This document shows positions 53,532-62,400 of a DNA stretch of 64,000 nucleotides, piece by piece. Source of the stretch: Bacteroidales bacterium (lineage in GTDB: Bacteria > Bacteroidota > Bacteroidia > Bacteroidales > WCHB1-69). The stretch's first letter is position 1. The number at the start of each line of letters is the position of its first letter. The stretch covers positions 87,366 through 151,365 of the forward strand of contig JBGURP010000012.1 in the NCBI GenBank assembly GCA_045132055.1, read 5' to 3'. Under the pieces are notes generated by a model that was not told the DNA's origin, searched no databases, and was given only the letters and a program-made list of their open reading frames with translations. Made by a program: the position numbers and the translations under genes.

Positions 53532-53550
53532 ATAATGCAATTACTTACTT

Positions 53551-53571
53551 TAAACTCTAAACTCCAAACTC
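53551..53571. repeat. 7-bp tandem repeat (yAAACTC x3) in the porin-NRPS spacer
   Basis: taaactc taaactc caaactc. Confidence 0.65.
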
Positions 53572-53575
53572 AATA

Positions 53576-54934
53576 CTATTCACTCTTAGCCTTCTTCTTG
53601 TCATTCCACGGTAACGTTAAAATCGTCGGATTGACGGTCAGCATCACCCATCCCCAGTGCAGGCGACGGTTGTCGGAGACCTGCTGAAGAATTTCCATTG
53701 TCTCGGTGCCGCGCATGAAGGTGTAGCCGGCCCCCACGGTGACGAATTTTGCGAAGGTATAGCCTAGGTTGAGTTCAACTTCATGACCCAAGGCTTTCTT
53801 CAAATATCCTTGGTAGTATCTAAGATTGGCAGAAATGGCGTAAAAGTGATAGGCTGCGTTGATTTTCAATCCAGGAACAGGCGCTACGTTACCACCAACG
53901 TAGAGGTTTTGCAAGCCCGGGGAGAAGTTGTGCATGTAGCTATCCAAATAAAAGAAATCCATGGCGCCATAGAATTGGTGATGGGATCCGAACAGGGAGG
54001 AGAAACCTCGAGCCTCTTTATGGAAAATAAGGCCGAAACCACCATTAACAGTGACAGGGAAGTTATCTCCACTCAAGTAATCATAACCGGCATAGAGGTT
54101 GTACACGTCGCTGGGGGTGACTTTGATTTTCGCACTTCCCATGAAAGCATTCAATGGTACGCCCTTTTCCTCTTTGCCCATCTGGTAGTAGAAGGAACCT
54201 TCCAGTTTGACGATGCTGGGATTTAACGTCACGTATGTTCCAACTAACTGCTGATAATAGGTTTTATTGGGGTATTGACTATTCTTACTCTGCATCCCGA
54301 TATTCATGCCGATTAGGGAGATTCCGAAAAAGTTCTTTGGTGTATTATAGTGATACCAAAGCGTTTGCATGGTTTTGTAAGGCTGAATTCCACCGGAATA
54401 ATAACTGGTGCCAGAAGAAATATTGTCAGAATTTTGATTGTAGGCAAGGAGAATGTGAACTTTGTGACCGTGCCCTTCAAAACCGAATTTCAGTGCGTCA
54501 TGGGTAGGCGCGGTCATCGACCAATCATCGTAACCCAAGACACGCTCGTCGTCGTATTCAAATGATTGACGACCGATTTTGGTGAAAAGTCCGGTCTTGT
54601 TGTGCTTCATGGAGAACCAGCCTTCGGAGAGGTTCAAGGTACCGCCGGATTGTCCCCAAACCCCGGAAAATTGCGGTGAGAGGCGTATTTCCAACCAATC
54701 GGAGCGCTTGTACCCGATGTTGAGCCGGTATTGTCCCATGATGAATTGGGCTCTCCGCTCGTTTTCGTCTTCTTCGCTGATATCAAATCCACCCACACGA
54801 ATCTCTCCACGAGTGTTCAACTTAGCGTCAATCGAAAACTCGTTGTCTGCTTCCTGTGCCCATAATCCAGAATAGGCCCACACGGCGACCAACAAGAACA
54901 GCCATCGTGCAGCGTTACAATGGAATCGTTTCAT
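53576..54934 (-). CDS. alginate-export (AlgE-like) family outer-membrane beta-barrel
   Basis: Signal peptide; RGEIR, KIGRQ..YDDERVLG..DW.....HDA, GYDYLSG, H.FYGAMDFF, LGHEVEL. Confidence 0.75.
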   Translation of the reverse strand: MKRFHCNAARWLFLLVAVWAYSGLWAQEADNEFSIDAKLNTRGEIRVGGFDISEEDENERRAQFIMGQYRLNIGYKRSDWLEIRLSPQFSGVWGQSGGTLNLSEGWFSMKHNKTGLFTKIGRQSFEYDDERVLGYDDWSMTAPTHDALKFGFEGHGHKVHILLAYNQNSDNISSGTSYYSGGIQPYKTMQTLWYHYNTPKNFFGISLIGMNIGMQSKNSQYPNKTYYQQLVGTYVTLNPSIVKLEGSFYYQMGKEEKGVPLNAFMGSAKIKVTPSDVYNLYAGYDYLSGDNFPVTVNGGFGLIFHKEARGFSSLFGSHHQFYGAMDFFYLDSYMHNFSPGLQNLYVGGNVAPVPGLKINAAYHFYAISANLRYYQGYLKKALGHEVELNLGYTFAKFVTVGAGYTFMRGTETMEILQQVSDNRRLHWGWVMLTVNPTILTLPWNDKKKAKSE

Positions 54935-54936
54935 CT

Positions 54937-55239
54937 TTATTGAATTTCAAAAATACCCTCTAATTTAGTCATCTTGAAGACCTGCATTACATCTGGACAG
55001 ACATTCTTCAACAGCATTTTGCCGCCTTTGGCTTCCACTTCTTTTCTGATTTTCAAGAAAATGCGAAGTCCGGAGCTGCTGATAAACGGCATTTTTTCAC
55101 AGTCGAGAATGAGCGTTTGGTCCGCATGCTGCATCAGAGGTTCAATAGTTTCAGAGATTTGCTGAGCAGCAACGGTGTCTAATCTTCCGTCAAATGTAGC
55201 AATGATTTGGTTGCCTTCTTCAGTAATCGTAATGTTCAT
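54937..55239 (-). CDS. STAS-domain protein (anti-anti-sigma, RsbV/SpoIIAA-like)
   Basis: GRLDT, LILD...FISSSGLR (phosphorylatable Ser), V..VFKMT. Confidence 0.92.
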   Translation of the reverse strand: MNITITEEGNQIIATFDGRLDTVAAQQISETIEPLMQHADQTLILDCEKMPFISSSGLRIFLKIRKEVEAKGGKMLLKNVCPDVMQVFKMTKLEGIFEIQ

Positions 55240-55277
55240 CTTTTATGTCTTTTTAAAATTCAATTGTTTTTTCCCTG

Positions 55278-55285
55278 CAAAAATA
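55278..55285 (-). promoter_or_regulatory. internal -7 box for STAS-porin-NRPS
   Basis: TATTTTTG followed by CAGG on the minus strand, about 40 nt upstream of the STAS ATG. Confidence 0.55.
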
Positions 55286-55317
55286 AATAAATATCCTATT
55301 TTACAACATCTTAATTT

Positions 55318-57378
55318 TTAAATATTCATTGTCATGGTCAACACATTGTTCCCATCCTTGCGCTGATACTCCACTTTATCCATAATTTCTTTGATGAGAT
55401 AGATGCCCAACCCTCCGATGGGGCGTTCTTCCACAGAATCGGACAACTCAGCCTCAGGCTGTTGGAGAGGATTGAATGGCACGCCGGCATCGCGGATACA
55501 AGTATGTATATGGCCATCTTTCATTTCAATAGAAATCTCCACCTCGCCCTGTTCCCCTTCCGGATAGGCGTACATGATGACATTGGCCAGTGCCTCTTCA
55601 AGTGCGAGATCAAATTTGGACAACAAAGACAGGTTGATCTTGTTCTGCTCAAAAAAGGCGTTCAAAAAAGGCTCCAGCCGATCCAACTCATTGATGTCAT
55701 TATTCATAGTGAGTGTCGCCATGGCTGGGGTGTAGTGTATGGCAAGCATTGTAAGGTCATCACTCTGTTCCGCCGTTCCCACAAAGCGTTGTACGGCCTG
55801 ACACATGGCATCGATCTGTTTATCCGCTGGCATTTTGTCGAACTTATTGGCCACATCCAATGCTTTTTGCTCTCCGAAGAGCACTTTTTGTGAATTTTCT
55901 GCTTCGGTCAAACCATCAGTGTATAGAAACAGCGTGTCTCCGCTGTTCAAGCGGAATGTTTTGGACGTGTATTCAGCCTCCATCTCCACCCCGAGGAGCA
56001 GATTGTCTGCATTGTCCATATATTTGACCTTCCCCGATTGAATGAGGATGGGCGGATTATGCCCGGCGTTGCAATATGTTACGGTTCCCGTCTTCAAATC
56101 AAGAACACCGAGGAACATGGTGATGAACATGATGTCGGGATTGTTGTCACTCATAGAGCGGTTAAGATCCAGCATGATGCGTTCTGGCTGGTCGTTATGA
56201 GCCGACAGTGTGCGGAACAGACTGTGTGCAATAGACATCAACATGGCAGCAGGCACTCCTTTCCCTGCGATGTCCCCAATACAGAAAATCAACTTGTTAT
56301 CGCGCACATAATAGTCGTACAAATCACCGCCCACAAACTTTGCGGGTTTCAGTATTCCGCTGATATCTAATGCGTCCGCATGGATGGAGTCTTTGGAAGG
56401 CACCAGTGACATCTGTATATTTCTCGCTATAGACAATTCATCTTCAATATGCTGGTTTTTGAGCCGCTCTTCGCTCAACCGCCACAAATTCTGCACCGAA
56501 CTGTATGCAATCAAAAAAATGGAAACGAAGCAGCCGATAATTAAAAGAAAGAAAGCCAAACTGGCTTTGCGCAAGCGCTTATACATATCGGCATTCGTGA
56601 TGGTAAGCGTCAATTTCAAATTATTACCCCGAACGCTTTTTGTATAGATACGGCAACGCCCTATTCCCTTGCTTTGGGCAGGCGGTCCTACGATAACCTC
56701 TCCTGTTGATTCTGAGACGAGAGTGCAATAGCTGTGCGGATAAAGCCGTATGCTGTTGACAATGCTGGCCAATGTGTCAAATGTGATGTCAGCACCAATT
56801 ACGCCCACCACATTGCCCAATGTATCTTGTATGGCGCGTACGTACGTTACCATCGCCGCTTGCCCACCATCATGATCGAAATAAGGATCGCTCCAACTAC
56901 CTTTTACGGATTCTAGTCCTCGTTGAAACCACTCCATATTGAGATAGTCGTGGTGTTCTCCTCCCAACTGCATCAAGACCAAGCTGTCACTACCTTTCGG
57001 ATATCCTGCGTAAACCTCAAACCAGCGGCCTTTCTCAGGATAATAATTCTCAATGAATGAGATAGCAGCACCTGTAATCTGCCGGGCTGATCCTACCGTA
57101 TAGCGTACTATGGAATACATTTCATCGGGTTCATCAAGAGAGTGTTCAGCCAAAAGGCATAGAGAATTGACAACGGTCTCGGTTCTTCCCATACGAGAAC
57201 GAATAACTCTTTCCGTCTGATCCAATGTGAACTGAGCACGTTTCTCTGCGTCGAGACGACACCTGTACCTCAAATGTAGATAATAGCCTGTGCTGGCCAA
57301 AATCAGAAGCAGGGCTGCAATGAGTATTTTCCTGATTTCCTGTTTGGAAAAAGAATCTCTAGGATTGTTTGTTGGCAT
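55318..57378 (-). CDS. membrane sensor: TM-Cache-TM, SpoIIE/PP2C phosphatase, RsbW-like HATPase kinase
   Basis: Cache-like WFQ...WSDPYFD...GVIGADI; SpoIIE VGGDLYD, GDIAGKGVPAA, NAGHNPP, YTDGLTEA, QSDDLT; kinase EEALANVIMYAY, D.GVPFNP, GGLGIYL. Confidence 0.9.
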   Translation of the reverse strand: MPTNNPRDSFSKQEIRKILIAALLLILASTGYYLHLRYRCRLDAEKRAQFTLDQTERVIRSRMGRTETVVNSLCLLAEHSLDEPDEMYSIVRYTVGSARQITGAAISFIENYYPEKGRWFEVYAGYPKGSDSLVLMQLGGEHHDYLNMEWFQRGLESVKGSWSDPYFDHDGGQAAMVTYVRAIQDTLGNVVGVIGADITFDTLASIVNSIRLYPHSYCTLVSESTGEVIVGPPAQSKGIGRCRIYTKSVRGNNLKLTLTITNADMYKRLRKASLAFFLLIIGCFVSIFLIAYSSVQNLWRLSEERLKNQHIEDELSIARNIQMSLVPSKDSIHADALDISGILKPAKFVGGDLYDYYVRDNKLIFCIGDIAGKGVPAAMLMSIAHSLFRTLSAHNDQPERIMLDLNRSMSDNNPDIMFITMFLGVLDLKTGTVTYCNAGHNPPILIQSGKVKYMDNADNLLLGVEMEAEYTSKTFRLNSGDTLFLYTDGLTEAENSQKVLFGEQKALDVANKFDKMPADKQIDAMCQAVQRFVGTAEQSDDLTMLAIHYTPAMATLTMNNDINELDRLEPFLNAFFEQNKINLSLLSKFDLALEEALANVIMYAYPEGEQGEVEISIEMKDGHIHTCIRDAGVPFNPLQQPEAELSDSVEERPIGGLGIYLIKEIMDKVEYQRKDGNNVLTMTMNI

Positions 57379-57400
57379 ACAATAGTTTTGTTGATTTACT

Positions 57401-58465
57401 TTACAATTCCCTGTTTGCTTTCTTGAGGAGCCGTTTCACCTTACGGTATCGCTTGTTCAACCAGTTCTCAATCATCTCCTCTTCTATCTCGGGATTATCC
57501 GAAACATCATGCTTGCGCCTTCTTGCGCTGGAAAAACGGATATATGCTCCTATATGACGTCTCTTCTTTTCGTGGTAGATTTCGTCAAATGGAAGAAGCA
57601 CTGCTGAATCCTCGATATTATGCATCAAGCGGTTTACCGCCGTGCCGAACATGAGCATGTCGGAAGTGATGGATATATACGCCGTCACATTCGGCGGGAC
57701 ATTCACGCCACGCATTCTAGCAGCCGCCTTGAGCAATTTGTAATCTTCTGCCAAATCTTCTTTGTTTATTACCAGATCCATCAATTCCGGATCCGAATCC
57801 GGCATAATCGCCTGATCATCCCACGGGCGGACAAGTCCTTCCTTGTCCCCAAAATGCTTCCAAAGAAAATGATAGATCAGATTTCTCGTGATATGATCGT
57901 AAGAAGGATATACGGTTATCTTGCCAAAGTAATAAAGCAAGTTCGGATTCTTCATGATAATGGCCACCAAACCATCCCACAGGTTGTCCATGGCAAATAT
58001 GGACTTTGCACCAAACCTGGAACTCTGATATGTCGGGGCTACAAAATTGCGCCCAAGTTCCAAAACGTGCGGCAGGTACTTATCAATAAATTTTTGGGAA
58101 AAGCGGAATTGATGGGAACTGGCCATGATCGGCTGACCGTTCTCGTCAAACGAAGCATCAGAGCCATAAAAGAAACGATAACCTCCGACAATTGCCTCGT
58201 TGTCAGGATCCCAGACAATAAGCTGCTTGTAGGGCTTTTCCATCTTGTCATATTCATCCAAATCTATGGCATTGCCCGTAGAGCCACCGGCCTCACGGAA
58301 AGTCAGCTCACGCAACCGTCCAATCTCCGTAACCACATTGGGAGAATCTTGCCAGGTAACGATATACAACTCGTTATGTCCTTTGTTCGTATCTTCTAAC
58401 TTTTTGGATTTGGTGAGTTCTGCTTTGAGCAGTTCAACGGGTACGGGGTCGATTATAGCTTTCAT
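57401..58465 (-). CDS. GNAT N-acyltransferase, GlsB/ChoA (glycine-lipid synthase)-like
   Basis: IIDPV..ELLKAELT, EIGRLRE.TFR.AGG.TG...D.DEYD, QL.VWDP...I.GGYR, ELGR.FV, DNLWDGL, YYFGK.T.YPSY. Confidence 0.75.
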   Translation of the reverse strand: MKAIIDPVPVELLKAELTKSKKLEDTNKGHNELYIVTWQDSPNVVTEIGRLRELTFREAGGSTGNAIDLDEYDKMEKPYKQLIVWDPDNEAIVGGYRFFYGSDASFDENGQPIMASSHQFRFSQKFIDKYLPHVLELGRNFVAPTYQSSRFGAKSIFAMDNLWDGLVAIIMKNPNLLYYFGKITVYPSYDHITRNLIYHFLWKHFGDKEGLVRPWDDQAIMPDSDPELMDLVINKEDLAEDYKLLKAAARMRGVNVPPNVTAYISITSDMLMFGTAVNRLMHNIEDSAVLLPFDEIYHEKKRRHIGAYIRFSSARRRKHDVSDNPEIEEEMIENWLNKRYRKVKRLLKKANREL

Positions 58466-58479
58466 AATGTTTGAGATTG

Positions 58480-59337
58480 TTAATCAATATTGGATGGCCA
58501 AGGATTGGAAACAATACCTGCCATGTCGAGCATAGCCTGGTGTGCAAGATCGCGGATTCGTGCCACCTCTTCTTTTCGAGGCGCATCGGGGTTGGGCACA
58601 ATCGGATCTCCTACATGAATGGTAAGCAGAGGATTATCTATTTTGAAAAATCTGCGCCACCCAGTACAAGGTCTGAAAGAAATCATCATGGGAAGAACAG
58701 GAAGAGCGTATTTGTAAGCCATATTGAAGGCCCCTGTTTTGAATGGTCTGAGCGGAGCATAGTTGTACCAACTGCAACTTTCAGGGAAGATGTGTATCCA
58801 TCGTTTGCAAGATACAATTTCATCGAACGCCTGATCAAATTTTCGGAGCCCGCTGCGGCTTTCTGGGATAGGGATTCCACCTATGTGTTTCATGAGGAAT
58901 CCGTCCTTGCCGTTAAAAGCCTGGGCGTACATGGGAATCCAAGCTTTCTTGTAGCGCATCGCTTGCAGCACGCAAAGCATATCCCACCGGTGCACATGAT
59001 TGCATACCGTCATCAACCCCTTGGCAAATAGTTTGCGATTCTTACGAATCTTGTCACGGCCTTCAATCTTAAGACCATATCGGATGCGGTTTATCGGAAA
59101 AACCACTAACCAAGTGGTTAAATATATGAGAAAATGCCAAATTTTGAATTTCAGAGACTTGTCAAGATAAGGATAAGTATCGTCAAACTTTATATCTTTG
59201 GACTTTCCCCGTATGGGTGTCATCCTCGTAAACGGATCATCTCCCGGAAAATCCACAGTCGGTTCAGGGACATACACACCTTCTCTGACTTTGAAGTTGC
59301 GATAAGCTGGGCCGTAGGATGAGTAGTCGTTTGTCAT
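58480..59337 (-). CDS. lysophospholipid/PlsC-family acyltransferase
   Basis: CNHVHRWD (NHX4D), GGIPI, HIFPE, PFKTGAF..A, PVLP; start taken at MTNDY. Confidence 0.8.
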   Translation of the reverse strand: MTNDYSSYGPAYRNFKVREGVYVPEPTVDFPGDDPFTRMTPIRGKSKDIKFDDTYPYLDKSLKFKIWHFLIYLTTWLVVFPINRIRYGLKIEGRDKIRKNRKLFAKGLMTVCNHVHRWDMLCVLQAMRYKKAWIPMYAQAFNGKDGFLMKHIGGIPIPESRSGLRKFDQAFDEIVSCKRWIHIFPESCSWYNYAPLRPFKTGAFNMAYKYALPVLPMMISFRPCTGWRRFFKIDNPLLTIHVGDPIVPNPDAPRKEEVARIRDLAHQAMLDMAGIVSNPWPSNID

Positions 59338-59367
59338 ACTTGGTTTTTCAATAGAAAAATAGTATCG

Positions 59368-59375
59368 CAAAAATA
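59368..59375 (-). promoter_or_regulatory. -7 box at the head of the acyltransferase-sensor-NRPS cluster
   Basis: TATTTTTG followed by CGA on the minus strand, about 30 nt upstream of the ATG. Confidence 0.6.
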
Positions 59376-59378
59376 CAA

Positions 59379-59433
59379 AAAAATTCCGTTTACATAGTTA
59401 TGGCCATCCCATAACGTTGTAAACGGAATTTTT
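59379..59433 (-). terminator. long hairpin (probable terminator) after the second T9SS gene
   Basis: 16-bp perfect arms AAAAATTCCGTTTACA/TGTAAACGGAATTTTT plus a 7-bp inner stem GTTATGG/CCATAAC. Confidence 0.7.
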
Positions 59434-59456
59434 AAAAGCGTTTTATCTCCTACTGC

Positions 59457-62400
59457 TTACTTTCTGACAATTTTTCTTGCAGAATCGCCTACACGGAGCA
59501 TATAGACTCCTGCAGGATAAGCGGAGAGGTCAAGAATATTACGGCCTTCAGACAGATCGTAATGAGAGACGCAACGACCAGAAAGATCGTAGAGAGTAGC
59601 CTTGGCATTACGGCTCAAGCTGACATTGACAATAGAAGATGTCGGATTTGGCCAAATACTCTCAATAATCATCTGCACGTCAGGAATACCAACAGTGGAT
59701 GATACTGGCGTAACCACAGTGGTCCAAACCAAGATGTCATTGCCCCATTCGTCTGTGCCGATAGAAGTTCCGCTGTTAGGATCGCCCCATTTGATGAAAT
59801 CGTCATTGTGGACTTCCTGGGCGTTGAACATATTTTGGGCGGCGGTACCGTTGACATTGTACATCCAGTAGTTACCCCACGGAGAACTGCTTTCCTCTGT
59901 GAGTTGCAGTGTGAGTCCATCAACAGTATAGACGATATCATTGAGCATGCCACCATTTTCGGTGTAAGTAAAACGAGAATCGTGAGCCATGATGGTGTCC
60001 ATGAGATCCTTGACGGTGGCCATGCCGTTCCACATTACGCCCCAAGCGAGGCAAGTGTCAGGATCAGCCCAGTTGACTGCAATAATAGCCTTGTTGAGAC
60101 CATCGCCCACCCAGAACAGGATGTCGTCTTGGCTAATGGTAGCATCAACAGCCGTTACTGTAGTATCAATGGGAGATACTGTGTCAGGAACCGTGACAGG
60201 ATAGATGGTATAGGGCCATACGTATGTGTAATCCATGTAGGAACCCATGTCGGTGCTGTCGGTGACAACGGCCACGCTGAGGTCGCCCCATTTGTAGAAG
60301 TCACCGTTATGCAGCACATCGCCAAGGCCCATGCCGGCCACGTGGTTTTGCAGGCTCCACCACCAGTTGCCCGGAGTGACGCCAAGCGGCGTGGTCATGC
60401 CAGCGGCTGTATCAATGTAGTTGATGTCGGTTATAAAACCGGTGCCTGAATAGCTGAAGCGTGGATCTGCAGCTGCGATAGCGTCCATCATCTGTTGTGC
60501 CGTGGCCGTGTCAGTGCTGAACCGATAACCCCAAGCTAAAGCCGTATCGGCCCAATTGATGGCCAACACCACTTCGTTTGAGCCTTCGCCTACCCAATAC
60601 AAGATTTCGCTGGCTGCAATAGAAGCATCTTCAGGTGTCGGGGGTTCGGGTGGAGTGATAGTAGTATCAGTAGCCGCAGAAACCACAATATTGTCAATAC
60701 GGAAATCATTGTCGGTACCGCCAACGGTGCTTTCGGCATAGAAAGCGAGACGGACGACTTGTCCCGTAAAAGAGGAGAGAGAAAGTGTGGCTTGAGAGAG
60801 CGTGTTGCTCACTGCAGGGAGATAATAATCATCGCGGTTTAGCGTATCATTGCCCCACATTGCAACAGGAGTCCAACTGGTGCCGTTGTCGGTGGTGGCC
60901 AACACGATGAATCTGTCATCTTCCAAACCTGCTCCAGTTTCAGGATCATCGGCGGTATTGTATTCTGTCAACATATAGTCGAACGTGAGTTCTGCATTCT
61001 CAGTGAGGTTGATTTCGGGAGTAACCAGCCAGTATTTGCATGAAGTGCCATATATGTTGACCTTCACATGTGACGAACCATCAAAAGCAGTGGTAGAGCG
61101 TGCCCAACCACTGGAAGTAGTGGTCAAAGTGGCGGTATGAGTGGAGTCATTATAGAGACCGCTGTATCTGTTCCAGCAGGAAGAGAGTTGATTCAGATTG
61201 GTGATATTGTCAAAGTTCATACTCCAAGGCAGTGGCATGGGAGCACATGATGTGGTGAAGCTCAACGAGCGGGCATTGGTAGGAGCACCCCAGCAGATGC
61301 TGCGGATGTCAACCGTGTAATTGGTGCTGGGCGTAAGACCAGTGAGTGTGTAGGAGGTAACATTTGTAACCGTAATACTATCGGTGGTAGTGCCATCGCT
61401 CCAGCTGATGATATAGGAATCAGCGGTGCTCGGGTCGGTCCATGCAAGGTCAGCAGTGTTGGCAGTAACATTAGATGCGACGAAAGTGGCAGGACGGTTA
61501 CAGCTGCTGACGGTATCCACCACCAAGCTGTCAAGATAAGAGGTGAAAGCGGTAGTGGAGGTGCTGGTCTGCATGATAGTGATGCGATTGCCCATGCCAG
61601 TGTATCCGCTGAAATCCACCTCATACTCGTTCCAACTGCTGTTGGTGGGTGTAAAGGTGGCCAGACGGGTGAATGTGGAGGTGTCGGCAACTGTTTCGCT
61701 GATACCCACAACAATGCGCACTTTGTTCTGGTTGGAGCTGTTGTTTACCTTATAGAAGAAGTTGATTTTCAAGTTGTTGATATTGTTGCTGAATTCAGGA
61801 AGATAGGCTACGGAATATTCCTTGATACCGGAAGATGTTCCCCTGGAATAGAATTTCAGTGATTTGAATCCAGTGTAAGCGTATAATGAACCGCTGGCAC
61901 AATAGGGATAGTTGTTGGTAACCAGATTGCTTGATGAGTTGCTATACAAACGATTCCAGCAGCGGTTCATGCCTTGCGCCTGGGTAGCTGTCCAAGTATC
62001 GAAATTCTCCACGAATGGCAGAGTAGTCACGGGACCGCAAAGCGTACTGACTGCCATGGTAATAGGCAGCGTAAGAGTGCCGTCATTGCAAATAGAGACC
62101 ACTTGAATCTGATAATCGGTCGAAGCAGACAAGTTCGTAATGATAACTACAGTGTCATAGAAATCCAAACTGTCGATGAAAGAATCTGCTGTTACATAAT
62201 AGCGATAATGGTTCACGAGGGTAGGATCATCGACATGGAGAGTGAAGCCATCTGTACCAATTTCATCCACGTTGATGCCCAAGGCACGCGCACAAGCAGG
62301 CATGTCGTGAACATCGATGTCATCCACGAACCAAGATTTAGCAGAACCACCCGTAGGAACAGTACGCAAAGCGATGCGGGCATCGGCAGGTGCATTGGCA

